From an uncultured bacterium (lineage in GTDB: Bacteria; Verrucomicrobiota; Kiritimatiellia; Kiritimatiellales; Pontiellaceae): 64,000 bases of DNA. A model generated the notes under the pieces. The model had not been told where the DNA came from. It made no database searches and worked only from the letters and a program-made list of their open reading frames with translations. A program made the position numbers and the translations under genes. Every line of letters begins with the position of its first letter. Position 1 is the stretch's first letter. Shown one piece after another: positions 7,419 to 16,748 of the stretch. Location of the stretch: assembly GCA_965372395.1 (NCBI GenBank), contig CBDVCB010000002.1, positions 975 through 64,974 on the forward strand, read 5' to 3'.

Positions 7419-10205
7419 ATGAGCAAGAAACTCTTCCTGATCGACGGAATGGCGGTTGTCTACCGCGCCTACTTCGGCATGATCCGCAACCCGCGGATCA
7501 ACTCCAACGGCGAAGACGTTTCCGCCGTCTTTGGCTTCATCAACACGCTGCTCGATATCATGCATACCTACAATCCGACGCATATCGCCGTCGCATTCGA
7601 CACCCATGGCCCAACCTTCCGGCATGTGGAATATCCCGAATACAAGGCCACGCGCGACGAGACCCCGGAAGGAGTCCGCACCGCCGTCCCGCATATTAAA
7701 AACCTGCTCAACGCCTTCAACATTCCCGTACTCGAATATCCCGGCTTCGAGGCCGACGACGTGATCGGAACCCTCGCCCGCACCGCTGAGAAGCAGGGCT
7801 TCGACACCTACATGGTCACTCCCGACAAGGACTATGCCCAGCTCGTCGACGAACACACCTTCATGCTCAAGCCCGGCATGGGCCGTTCCGGCGAACTATT
7901 GAATGTGCCGAAAATCCTCGAGCAATGGAGCATCGAAAAGGTTGAACAGGTGATCGACATCCTAGGGCTGGCGGGCGATTCCGCCGACAACGTTCCCGGC
8001 ATTCCGGGCATCGGGCCGAAGACCGCGCAAAAGCTCATCGCCCAGTTTGGCTCGGTGGAAAACCTGCTCGAAAACACCGACCAGCTCAAAGGCAAGCAGA
8101 AGGAAAAAGTCGAGGCCAACAAGCAGCAGGCCCTGCTCTCCAAACGGCTCGTCACCATCAAATGCGACGTGCCGGTGAAGGAAACCCCGGAGGAGCTGTT
8201 GATTGGCGAACGCAACGACAACCAGTTGAAGCTCCTTTTCACCGAACTGGAATTCAAGAGCCTCATCAAGCGCCTGTTCGGAGAATCCCCCACCCCGGTC
8301 ACCGTGGCGGTAGCGGCGGCCACGTCCGGCCAGGGCGACCTGTTCGAGTTTGCCGCCGCGCAGCAACCGGAAATGATGGAGCCCGTCCCGACGTTCAAAA
8401 CCATCAAGGACGTAAAGCATAAATACCACCTCGTCACCACCGCCGCCGAACGCGACGCACTGGCCGAAAAACTATCCGGTTGCTACGAGGTCTGCTTCGA
8501 CACCGAAACCACCGGGCTAGACGTCCGCACCGCCGAGTTGATCGGCATATCGTTCGCCATCGAGCCGCACGAAGCCTGGTACGTCACCCTCCCGCCCGAC
8601 CGCGGGCAAAGCCTCCAAGCCTTGGAAAAATTCCTGCCCATCCTCCAAAACCCCGACGTCCGCAAGGTGGGCCAAAACCTAAAATACGATATCAGCGTCC
8701 TGAAATGGAATGGCATCGAAGTGCGCGGTGAGCTGCTCGACACCCTGCTTGCGCACTATCTCATCGATCCCGACCAGCGCCATAACATGGATCACATGGC
8801 CGAAAGCCTGCTCGGCTATTCCCCCGTCCCGATCACCGCGCTCATCGGCGAAAAGAAGAGCACGCAAAAAACGCTGCGCGACGTCAATCTCGATGCGCTC
8901 TGCGAATATGCAGCCGAGGATGCCGACATCACCCTCCAGCTCTGGCGCAAGCTCAAACCCATGCTCAAGGAGCGCGGACAGGAACGCGTCTTCTACGAAA
9001 TCGAAACCCCGCTCATGCCCGTGCTCGCGCAGATGGAATACAACGGCATCAATCTCGATGTCCCGGCCCTCGGGAAATATTCCGAAATCCTCGCCGAAAA
9101 AATCCAGCTCCTCGAAGCCTCCGTCTACGAAACCGTAGGCCACGACTTCAACCTCAACTCCCCCAAGCAACTCGGCGAAGTCCTCTTCGACGAAATGAAA
9201 CTCGTTGAAAAGCCCAAGAAAACCAAAACGGGGCAATACCAGACCAACGAGGAAGTACTGTCCGATCTCGCGCCCGAGCACGAGATTGTCCGGAAGATTC
9301 TCGAATACCGATCGCTGGCCAAACTCAAAAGCACCTATGTCGACGCCCTCCCGCAGGAAGTACTTCCAAAAAGCGGCCGCGTCCACACCACCTTCCGCCA
9401 AGCCGTCACCACCACCGGGCGGCTCTCCTCCGAAAATCCAAACATTCAAAACATTCCGATCCGCACCGAGGAGGGTCGCGAAATCCGCCGCGCCTTCATT
9501 CCCCGCGAAGGCTTCACCCTGCTCGCCTGCGACTATTCCCAGATCGAGCTGCGCATCATGGCCGAGCTAAGCGGCGACAAGCACCTGCGCGAAGCCTTCA
9601 TCCACGGCGAAGATATCCACACCGCCACCGCCGCCCGCGTCTTCGGCGTCGACCAAGCCGACGTCACCCGCGAAATGCGCAGCAAAGCCAAGATGGTCAA
9701 CTTCGGCATCATCTACGGCATCTCCGCCTTCGGCCTGAGCAAGCGCCTCGGCATTCCGCGCAAGGAAGCGCAGGAAATCATCGAACAATACCGCGCCAAC
9801 TATCCCGGTGTGCAGGACTACCTCGACGAAACCATTTTGTTTGCCCAGAAGCACGAATACGTCGAAACCATCACCGGCCGCCGCCGCTACATCCGCGACA
9901 TCAACGCCCGCAACCAGATGGTCCGCGGCGGCGCCGAGCGCAACGCCATCAACGCCCCCATCCAAGGCACCGCCGCCGACATGATCAAAATCGCCATGAT
10001 CGGCATTCAGAAAATGCTCGAAGAGAAAAAGTCCAAAACCAAGCTCCTCCTCCAGGTCCACGACGAACTCGTCTTCGACCTCGCCCTCGACGAAGCCGAC
10101 GATCTCATCCCCTTGGTCGAGGAAAAGATGAAATCCGCCATCCCAATGGAGATCCCGATTTTAGTGGAGTCCGGCACCGGGAAGAATTGGCTGGAAGCGC
10201 ATTAA
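7419..10205 (+). CDS. polA: DNA polymerase I
   Basis: 5' nuclease (LFLIDG...RAY, EADDVI, GDSADNVPG), 3'-5' exonuclease (FDTETTG) and polymerase motifs (DYSQIELR, KMVNFGIIYG, QVHDEL). Start moved to MSKKLFLIDG at 7419 with an upstream AAAGGA. Confidence 0.98.
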   Translation: MSKKLFLIDGMAVVYRAYFGMIRNPRINSNGEDVSAVFGFINTLLDIMHTYNPTHIAVAFDTHGPTFRHVEYPEYKATRDETPEGVRTAVPHIKNLLNAFNIPVLEYPGFEADDVIGTLARTAEKQGFDTYMVTPDKDYAQLVDEHTFMLKPGMGRSGELLNVPKILEQWSIEKVEQVIDILGLAGDSADNVPGIPGIGPKTAQKLIAQFGSVENLLENTDQLKGKQKEKVEANKQQALLSKRLVTIKCDVPVKETPEELLIGERNDNQLKLLFTELEFKSLIKRLFGESPTPVTVAVAAATSGQGDLFEFAAAQQPEMMEPVPTFKTIKDVKHKYHLVTTAAERDALAEKLSGCYEVCFDTETTGLDVRTAELIGISFAIEPHEAWYVTLPPDRGQSLQALEKFLPILQNPDVRKVGQNLKYDISVLKWNGIEVRGELLDTLLAHYLIDPDQRHNMDHMAESLLGYSPVPITALIGEKKSTQKTLRDVNLDALCEYAAEDADITLQLWRKLKPMLKERGQERVFYEIETPLMPVLAQMEYNGINLDVPALGKYSEILAEKIQLLEASVYETVGHDFNLNSPKQLGEVLFDEMKLVEKPKKTKTGQYQTNEEVLSDLAPEHEIVRKILEYRSLAKLKSTYVDALPQEVLPKSGRVHTTFRQAVTTTGRLSSENPNIQNIPIRTEEGREIRRAFIPREGFTLLACDYSQIELRIMAELSGDKHLREAFIHGEDIHTATAARVFGVDQADVTREMRSKAKMVNFGIIYGISAFGLSKRLGIPRKEAQEIIEQYRANYPGVQDYLDETILFAQKHEYVETITGRRRYIRDINARNQMVRGGAERNAINAPIQGTAADMIKIAMIGIQKMLEEKKSKTKLLLQVHDELVFDLALDEADDLIPLVEEKMKSAIPMEIPILVESGTGKNWLEAH

Positions 10206-10277
10206 CCCCATTAATAGATGCCTTGACTAAAAACGGAAAAGGATTTGAGCAACAAATGATCTCGGAGGTAAGTCTCG

Positions 10278-10961
10278 ATGAACAGAATGAAGTTAATTCA
10301 TGACAAATGGGGTACTACCTGTCGACTGGCAGCACTGTCATCTTTGCTGCTGACTGGTTGTGCTACTGACTGGGGTGATACACAACTAGACCGAATTAGT
10401 TATAAAACAATTAGTAATAATGGAGTTGGTTTAAAGGGCTACTCCGTGACTGCGCCTCCCGGCTTTAGTATTTTTAATCCAGAATTGGTTGATCCCAACG
10501 CGGCATCACTGAATTATTTCCAACGGATCATGGTTAAGAATTACGACTATGATGCAGACAAACTCAAGAATCAGGGAGAATACCTACTGGAAGGACTCGT
10601 ACAGGATTGTGTAATTCAATTTGCTGCAAGTCCAAAGCGAATAGGAAAACCCTGGTCAACGATGCTGCCAATGGAAAAAAATGCTGTTTTACAGGAAGAA
10701 CTCCGGTCGCGAACAGCCTTCATTGAAGATAGCGGGATCATAAAGGAACTCGTGACTATAAACGGACAAAGGGGTTGGTATATCTCCCGAATCACTAAGA
10801 ATCATTTCAACGGGAGTGGTGATCCTCTTGCGCACGAATCCTATACGATAGCAGGGAAATTTAATGATACATATTTATTCAACTCATATAGCTTTCCTGA
10901 AAACAGAGAATATTTGAGGATAAAAACCCGAGCAATGGTGGAGAGCCTAAACATCAAATAA
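10278..10961 (+). CDS. Hypothetical lipoprotein
   Basis: Lipobox-like LLLTGC after a hydrophobic stretch; visibly AT-richer than neighbours; no recognised domain. Confidence 0.6.
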   Translation: MNRMKLIHDKWGTTCRLAALSSLLLTGCATDWGDTQLDRISYKTISNNGVGLKGYSVTAPPGFSIFNPELVDPNAASLNYFQRIMVKNYDYDADKLKNQGEYLLEGLVQDCVIQFAASPKRIGKPWSTMLPMEKNAVLQEELRSRTAFIEDSGIIKELVTINGQRGWYISRITKNHFNGSGDPLAHESYTIAGKFNDTYLFNSYSFPENREYLRIKTRAMVESLNIK

Positions 10962-11055
10962 AGCGAAGAGATCCATCCAACATATTGGTAAAAGGGCCGG
11001 TTCCGTAATGTAGTAATCCAAACTCGGCTGCCAGCTTGACATACCCATGCATTTA

Positions 11056-11073
11056 ATACATACATGTATGTAT
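11056..11073. promoter_or_regulatory. Perfect 18-bp palindrome overlapping the vapB start, probable TA operator
   Basis: ATACATACATGTATGTAT equals its own reverse complement and overlaps ATG 11072. Confidence 0.7.
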
Positions 11074-11266
11074 GAAAACAACATTGAACATTGACGATCA
11101 AATCATGGCGGAAGCGGCGCGTTTGACGGGGATCAAGGAAAAGACGGCGTTGGTACGTCGCGGGCTTGAGGCGTTGATTGCGCAGGAAAGCAGCCGTCGA
11201 CTTGCGGCGCTGGGTGGAACGGAAAAGGATCTCAAGGCCGTTCCCCGGCGTCGGAGCGCCGCTTGA
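11072..11266 (+). CDS. vapB: Type II antitoxin, VapB family
   Basis: MKTTLNIDDQIMAEAARLTGIKEKTALVRRGLEALIA...LAALGG ribbon-helix-helix pattern; coupled to a PIN gene. Confidence 0.9.
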   Translation: MKTTLNIDDQIMAEAARLTGIKEKTALVRRGLEALIAQESSRRLAALGGTEKDLKAVPRRRSAA

Positions 11267-11616
11267 TGGTTTTGGTCGATACGTCCATCTGGATCGACCA
11301 CCTGCGCTCCGGCAACGCAAAGCTCGCCGCATTGCTGAACGAGGGCGATGTGGCGATCCATCCATTTATTATCGGGAAGCTGGCCTGCGGAAACCTGAAG
11401 AATCGCAAGGAGATTGTTTCGCTCCTGCATGCGTTGCCCCACATCACAAAGGCCGACGATAACGAAGTGCTGTTTTTTATCGAGAAGCATAAGCTGATGG
11501 GGCTGGGGATTGGCCTGATCGACATCCATCTGCTTGCCTCCTGCAAGCTCGGCAAAGCTAGGCTCCTGACCAAAGACAAACGCCTGCGCGATGCCGCAGA
11601 ACAGCTCGATCTTTAG
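11266..11616 (+). CDS. vapC: Type II toxin, VapC (PIN domain ribonuclease)
   Basis: VLVDTSIWIDHL, HPFIIG.LACG, GIGLIDIHLLAS, LLTKDKRL; TGATG overlap with vapB. Confidence 0.9.
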   Translation: MVLVDTSIWIDHLRSGNAKLAALLNEGDVAIHPFIIGKLACGNLKNRKEIVSLLHALPHITKADDNEVLFFIEKHKLMGLGIGLIDIHLLASCKLGKARLLTKDKRLRDAAEQLDL

Positions 11617-11787
11617 CGGGAACACCGAAAATGGCCCAAGATCGAGCCTTAAGTTATATCATAAACGCATAAAATAGCGTTTATTTGGCCTAAAAACCCA
11701 TCGAATATATGATAAACGGATATTTTTAGCGCCCGTCAGGAAACAAAAAAACGGTTTTCCAGTTCCCAATATTGTATGAATGGAAAC

Positions 11788-12129
11788 TTATGCGCTGGCG
11801 ACATCCTTCACGCGCTGGACGGAGTCGGACTTGCTGAGGGTGAGCCGCACGATGCAGTCGGACTTGGCGAGCAGGTCGTGCGGTACGCCGCCGTCGAGGT
11901 TGAGCAGGTCGCCTTTGACCAGATTAAGCACCTCGCCATGGACGCCAAAGTCCAGCTCGCCTTCCACCATGGCCACGGTGATGGGATATGGCGTCTGGTG
12001 TTCCTCCATGCGCTGGCCCTGCCTGAAAACAATGCGCACTTCTTTGGTTGCATCGGTTTGAAACAGAACAGAGATGGCCGGGCCGGACTCTTTGTAGATG
12101 ATGTCTTTCAGAATATTTGCGGATTCCAT
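11788..12129 (-). CDS. Cupin domain protein
   Basis: MEEHQTPYPITVAMVEGELDF...GGVPHDLLA cupin motifs 1 and 2. Confidence 0.85.
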   Translation of the reverse strand: MESANILKDIIYKESGPAISVLFQTDATKEVRIVFRQGQRMEEHQTPYPITVAMVEGELDFGVHGEVLNLVKGDLLNLDGGVPHDLLAKSDCIVRLTLSKSDSVQRVKDVASA

Positions 12130-12275
12130 GCGATGCTCCTTTTGCTACCACGGTTGATGGTTCGTTATGCGCTACTTCTCACTCCCATGAAAGAAAAATA
12201 AAAGGGGGCGGTTTAGGTGCGAGAAATGGCACTCGCGTGCGCTATACAATGCCAATCATCCAACAAGGAGCCCAA

Positions 12276-12410
12276 ATGGCAAAACCAAACTACTCGTACG
12301 AGAAAAGACAAAAAGAGCTGGCGAAGAAAAAAAAGCAGGAAGAAAAACGAAAGCGGAAGCAAGGGATAAAGGACGAATCGCCTGCCGGGGACCAGAACAA
12401 GCCTGAGTAG
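12276..12410 (+). CDS. Small basic protein (44 aa, MAKPNYSYEKRQKELAKKKKQEEKRKRK...)
   Basis: Strong SD AAGGAG at 12265-12270, ATG 12276, stop 12410. Confidence 0.7.
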   Translation: MAKPNYSYEKRQKELAKKKKQEEKRKRKQGIKDESPAGDQNKPE

Positions 12411-12430
12411 TTTAGCCAAGTGGTTCATCC

Positions 12431-12787
12431 GTGAATTCAGAAACCCCGATGAAACCAAGAGCAACCTCCCGAATCCCGATGCTGCTCTCGGCCTTTGTCT
12501 GCCCGGGGATTGGGCAGTTTGTTCAGCGGCGGTGGCTGGCTGGCGCACTTTTTATACTCACCTTTGCGGCGGCCTTTGTGGTCTTCATGGGGGTGGCGGG
12601 AAGCTTGATTACCAGCTATTACCGGATGGGATTTGAGTTTGAAACCTACGAACCGGATATCCATCCGGGCCGGTTGCTCCCCGCGTTTATCGTGGCGCTC
12701 GCAATCTATGTCATCAATCTTGTGGATGTGGCTTCCGCCCACTTCCGCGCGGGTCGGAAAACGACTCCAGAAGTATCGCGGGTTTGA
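12431..12787 (+). CDS. Hypothetical membrane protein (2-3 TM)
   Basis: LLSAFVCPGIGQF motif followed by hydrophobic helices. Start may be ATG 12449. Confidence 0.7.
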   Translation: MNSETPMKPRATSRIPMLLSAFVCPGIGQFVQRRWLAGALFILTFAAAFVVFMGVAGSLITSYYRMGFEFETYEPDIHPGRLLPAFIVALAIYVINLVDVASAHFRAGRKTTPEVSRV

Positions 12788-12874
12788 CTAACTTCGTGAT
12801 GGATGTAGGATGCTTCGCGTGCAGGTGCCTGGTGCACGAAAACGATCATTCCGGGCAAAAAAACAGGAGAAGCC

Positions 12875-13657
12875 ATGTCAAAGGATACGGTGGCCATGTA
12901 TTGGGATTTCGAAAATATCCATGCAGGCCTTTGCGATGCAAAAAACGGGAGCGGTTCCTATCAGAAAACAAGTCGTTTCAAGCCTCAGGATGTCTATGTG
13001 GATGTTCAGGCCGTCTACGACTTTGCCGCATCATACGGCAATATTGCGATCAACAAGGCGTATTGCAATTGGCAGTGGTACTCGAAATACAAGCAGGCGC
13101 TGCTTAAGACATCCATTGAGCTGATCCAGATGTTTCCCCCCGGCGCTTCGGCGAAGAATGGTGCCGACATCAAGCTTTCCCTGGATGCGTTGGACGATGT
13201 TCTGCGGTTCCCGCACATTTCATCCATTGTGGTGGTCGGAGGGGATAGCGATTTCATTCCATTGGCCCAGAAGATCAAGATGGCCGGGAGGGAATTGATC
13301 GGGGTGGGTTGCAAGGCCTCCACCAACCAGCATTGGGCCAACAGCTGCTCGGAATTCAAGTACTATGAATCCCTGATGGTGGAAGGCAGCGCGGTCGCCG
13401 AAGAGTCCGAGGACGACAAAGTGGTCATCAAGGATGCCGCCGAACTCATCACCCGGGCCATGAAGCAGATCTCGGCAAAATCGGGTGATGAATGGGTGCT
13501 TAAATCCTTGATTCGACCGGTGATCAAGCGGTTGGATCCGACGTTTGACGAAGCGAACTACGAGTGCAAGACGTTTGCTGCGCTACTCAACAAATACCCT
13601 GGAAAGTTCAAGGTAAAGAAGGGTGAACACGACCACCTTGTGGGGCTTGCCGACTGA
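12875..13657 (+). CDS. NYN domain protein (LabA/DUF88 family) with C-terminal OST-HTH/LOTUS domain
   Basis: MYWDFENI, KNGADIKLSLD, GGDSDFIPLA; C-terminal RLDPTFDEANYECKTFAALL. Confidence 0.88.
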   Translation: MSKDTVAMYWDFENIHAGLCDAKNGSGSYQKTSRFKPQDVYVDVQAVYDFAASYGNIAINKAYCNWQWYSKYKQALLKTSIELIQMFPPGASAKNGADIKLSLDALDDVLRFPHISSIVVVGGDSDFIPLAQKIKMAGRELIGVGCKASTNQHWANSCSEFKYYESLMVEGSAVAEESEDDKVVIKDAAELITRAMKQISAKSGDEWVLKSLIRPVIKRLDPTFDEANYECKTFAALLNKYPGKFKVKKGEHDHLVGLAD

Positions 13658-13718
13658 ACGGACCGAGGTCGGGATGCGGCATCTTCCAAAACAGGAACAG
13701 CACAACAAGGGTGGCTTT

Positions 13719-14489
13719 ATGCAAAACGAATACAGAACGGCGTTGGTGACCGGCGCATCCAGCGGGATCGGGCGCGCGGTTGCGAAGCAGCTGGCCAACG
13801 AAGGGTTCAAGCTGGTGCTGGTGGCCCGCCGGACGGAACGGCTCAAGGCCCTGGTGGAAGAGCTGGAACCGAATGCCCCCTGCCATATCCTGACGTGCGA
13901 CCTGCGCGACACCGATGGCGTCCGCCATGCGTTTGACGGGCTTCCGGAGGACTTCCGCGCAATTGATGTGCTGGTTAACAATGCAGGCCTTGCGGCGGGG
14001 ACCGAACCGGCGCAGAAGGCGGTATGGAACGACTGGGAAGAGATGATTGCCACCAACTGCATGGGGCTGAGCAACGTCACCCACGCCATCCTGCCGGGCA
14101 TGGTGGAACGCAACCGCGGACACATTGTCAACATGGGCTCCGTGGCGGGCATCTACGCCTACCGCGGCGGCAATGTATACGGTGCAACGAAGGCGTTTGT
14201 GGAACACTTCTCGCGCGGGCTTAAAACCGATCTGCTGGGCACGGCGGTGCGGGTCAGCAATATTGCGCCGGGGATGGTGGGCGACTGCGAGTTTTCGCTG
14301 GTCCGCTACCGTGGCGACGCGGAAAAGGCCGAGGCGGTCTACACGGATCTTGAACCGCTCGACCCCGCCGCCATTGCGGAGTGCGTGGCGTGGTGCATTT
14401 CCCGTCCAGCGCACGTCAACATCCTGAACATGGAAGTCATGGCCACCTGCCAAGCCCCCGGCGGCCTAGCCGTCAGCCGGAACGAATAA
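13719..14489 (+). CDS. SDR family NAD(P)-dependent oxidoreductase (YdfG-like)
   Basis: VTGASSGIG, DVLVNNAG, YGATK catalytic motif. Start set at MQNEY 13719. Confidence 0.9.
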   Translation: MQNEYRTALVTGASSGIGRAVAKQLANEGFKLVLVARRTERLKALVEELEPNAPCHILTCDLRDTDGVRHAFDGLPEDFRAIDVLVNNAGLAAGTEPAQKAVWNDWEEMIATNCMGLSNVTHAILPGMVERNRGHIVNMGSVAGIYAYRGGNVYGATKAFVEHFSRGLKTDLLGTAVRVSNIAPGMVGDCEFSLVRYRGDAEKAEAVYTDLEPLDPAAIAECVAWCISRPAHVNILNMEVMATCQAPGGLAVSRNE

Positions 14490-14587
14490 TCCGTATTGAT
14501 TCTCCTTTGCGTTGTTTTGCCGACAACATATTGGAGATGGAACGCTTGGCGTGTTAATCATCGCAGATTCTACGGCTCATTAATCCC

Positions 14588-15439
14588 ATGGAAATCATCC
14601 GACTAATTAAATCGATCCAATCCCGCTTTGCCGGCGCTGGCATCGACAATGCCAAGCGGGTGGCGGAGGAGTTGGTTGCCCACATTCTCGGCTGCAAACC
14701 ACTGGAAATCTATCTTCGCGACGAACCCTGCTCCCCGGAAAGCCTACAGGCATTGGAGACGCTCGCCGGGCGGATCGAGGGCGGCGAGCCGTTGCAGTAT
14801 GTGATTGGCCACATCGATTTCTGGGGGCTTGAAATCAAGTGCGACCCGCGCGCACTCATCCCCCGCCCCGAAACCGAGCTTCTGGTGGAAGAGGTGCTCA
14901 GCTCCAAGGTTTGGAAGAACAAGCCCGCCACGATCGTCGATGTCGGAACCGGAACCGGCTGCATTGTGATCACCCTCGCCACACAACGGCCCGATGCCAC
15001 CTTCAAGGCCATCGACCTCTCTGAAGACGCCCTTGCTCTCGCCCAAGAGAATGCACGAACCCATGGACTGGAAAATAAAATACTCTGGTTGAACAAGTCG
15101 CTACTCGACGACTGCGCCCCGGAAAGTTGCGACGCCGTCGTGGCCAACCTGCCCTACATCGCTTCCGATGACTGGAGAGCACTCTCCCCCTCCGTGCGCG
15201 ACCACGAGCCGCAGTCCGCGCTCGACAGCGGCCCCTCCGGCATGGAGCTGATCAAGGAACTCGCCACGCAGGCGCGCTATGTCCTCGTTCCCGGCGGAAT
15301 GCTCTTTCTCGAATTTGGCTACGACCAAGGCGAGGCCGTTTTCCAATGCCTGGAAAAACTGGGCTACCTCGACATCCGGATCAAGCGCGACCTAGCCGGT
15401 CTCGACCGCATGGCCATTGCCGAGAATCCCCCATGCTAA
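14588..15439 (+). CDS. prmC: Release factor glutamine N5-methyltransferase
   Basis: GEPLQYVIG, ALIPRPETE, DVGTGTGCI, NLPY, EP.SAL..G..G. Confidence 0.93.
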   Translation: MEIIRLIKSIQSRFAGAGIDNAKRVAEELVAHILGCKPLEIYLRDEPCSPESLQALETLAGRIEGGEPLQYVIGHIDFWGLEIKCDPRALIPRPETELLVEEVLSSKVWKNKPATIVDVGTGTGCIVITLATQRPDATFKAIDLSEDALALAQENARTHGLENKILWLNKSLLDDCAPESCDAVVANLPYIASDDWRALSPSVRDHEPQSALDSGPSGMELIKELATQARYVLVPGGMLFLEFGYDQGEAVFQCLEKLGYLDIRIKRDLAGLDRMAIAENPPC

Positions 15440-16056
15440 ACGAAGACGATAAACTGCGCGCACGTTTTTCCCCGAATGATCCGGCCAGCTTCAAATACCG
15501 GGGCGATACGCTGAAAGGCATTATCGTTCGCACCAACCCGAAGCGCGCGGTGGTTCGCGTGGATAGCGAGGAATACACCGTTCCATACGAGTTTCTGATT
15601 GCCCGCGACCGTTTGGCCCGGCATCGGGAAGAGCGAATGGAAGCAATCCTCCAGCTGGCGATGGATTTGATCCGCCGGAACGAATTGCATGAATGGCGGT
15701 TCAGGTTCGACCACAGCACCCGGCGGGCGGGTTGCTGCAACTATCACGACAAACTCATCTCCATTTCCTTCGAGCTGGCGCGCAACGCCCCCGACGAGGA
15801 TATCCGCGATACCATCCTGCACGAAATCGCCCACGCACTGGTCGGCAAGAAGCACAATCACGATTCGGTCTGGAAGCTCAGGGCGCGCGAGATCGGCTGC
15901 TCCGGCGAGCGCACCCACCGATTGGTCTTTTCACCGCCGCGCTATCACGTCACCTGCGAAAACCGCTGCTGGAAACATACCGCCGAGCGTCGGCAACGGC
16001 GGCTGGCCTGCCGCACCTGCGGCGGGAAAGTCATCTATTCGCCATATCCAAGTTAG
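15433..16056 (+). CDS. SprT-like zinc metallopeptidase domain protein
   Basis: RRAGCCNY, TILHEIAHAL (HExxH), HDSVWK, C-terminal CENRC...CRTC. Start set at MLNEDD 15433. Confidence 0.85.
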   Translation: MLNEDDKLRARFSPNDPASFKYRGDTLKGIIVRTNPKRAVVRVDSEEYTVPYEFLIARDRLARHREERMEAILQLAMDLIRRNELHEWRFRFDHSTRRAGCCNYHDKLISISFELARNAPDEDIRDTILHEIAHALVGKKHNHDSVWKLRAREIGCSGERTHRLVFSPPRYHVTCENRCWKHTAERRQRRLACRTCGGKVIYSPYPS

Positions 16057-16654
16057 AGCGATAGAAGGCGAGCTCGGCGATGGAGGCTTTGATGTCGAAA
16101 AGGGCGTCGTGGGCATTGGCGGAAGAAATTCCGCCACCCGGAAAGTATTGGTTCAACTGCTCCACGCTTTCCTTGTCGAACGGCTGTTGTTCCACCCAGT
16201 CCCGCCATTGGATCTTGAGGGTGGAGACATCGAGCAGGCGATAGTGCAGACGGCTTCCGAACAGCGGAAGATATTTGCGCATGAGGAACCAATCGTTGTG
16301 CACGCTGTTGCCGGCGAGTACCGGACGGTCGGCCATCTCCTTGCAAGGTGTCCCGCAATATTGATCGATCAGCGCGGCGATCTGGCGATCGGCCTCCTCC
16401 ATTGAAACCGCTTCGTCCGATCGGCATTGCTCGACGAGTGCGGACAGGTTTTCGGCCACCCACGGACTGACCGCCTCTCCCTCCTCGAGGCGAATGCAGA
16501 GATTGAGATCGGCTTCCGGGGGCGCCATGCGCCGGAGGTTGGTGTCGGTGATGATGACGGCGACTTGCAGCAGGCGCGCCCGGTCGAGCTCAAGCGAGGT
16601 AAACTCCGCGTCGAACCAAACATAGGCACTGGATTTTTTATTCGCTTCACTCAT
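16031..16654 (-). CDS. orn: Oligoribonuclease (DEDDh exonuclease)
   Basis: YVWFDAEFTSL, LAGNSVHND..MRKYLP, HYRLLDVSTLK, HDALFDIKASIAEL. 26-bp convergent overlap with the SprT gene. Confidence 0.85.
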   Translation of the reverse strand: MSEANKKSSAYVWFDAEFTSLELDRARLLQVAVIITDTNLRRMAPPEADLNLCIRLEEGEAVSPWVAENLSALVEQCRSDEAVSMEEADRQIAALIDQYCGTPCKEMADRPVLAGNSVHNDWFLMRKYLPLFGSRLHYRLLDVSTLKIQWRDWVEQQPFDKESVEQLNQYFPGGGISSANAHDALFDIKASIAELAFYRSNLDMANR

Positions 16655-16666
16655 AGGGGGAATGAA

Positions 16667-16745
16667 AACCACTAATCTTCACTAATCAACACTAATCCAG
16701 AACAGCTTGAATCGAATTAGCGAAGATTAGAGCCAATTAGTGGTT
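16667..16745. repeat. REP-like imperfect palindrome with 10-bp phased CACTAAT / ATTAG units (copy 1)
   Basis: Ends AACCACTAAT...ATTAGTGGTT; CACTAAT at 16670, 16680, 16690; ATTAG at 16716, 16726, 16736. Confidence 0.7.
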
Positions 16746-16748
16746 CAC

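Noticed and set aside
12227-12242. TGGCAC...TGC as a sigma54 promoter
   Set aside because: GG-to-GC spacing is 9 or 11 nt, not the required 10.
16031-16056. Convergent 3' overlap of the SprT-like gene and orn
   Set aside because: Short convergent overlaps are common; no evidence of function.
16667-16745. Periodic repeats as a CRISPR mini-array
   Set aside because: Units are 7 bp with 3-bp spacers in inverted arrangement; no cas genes in the window.
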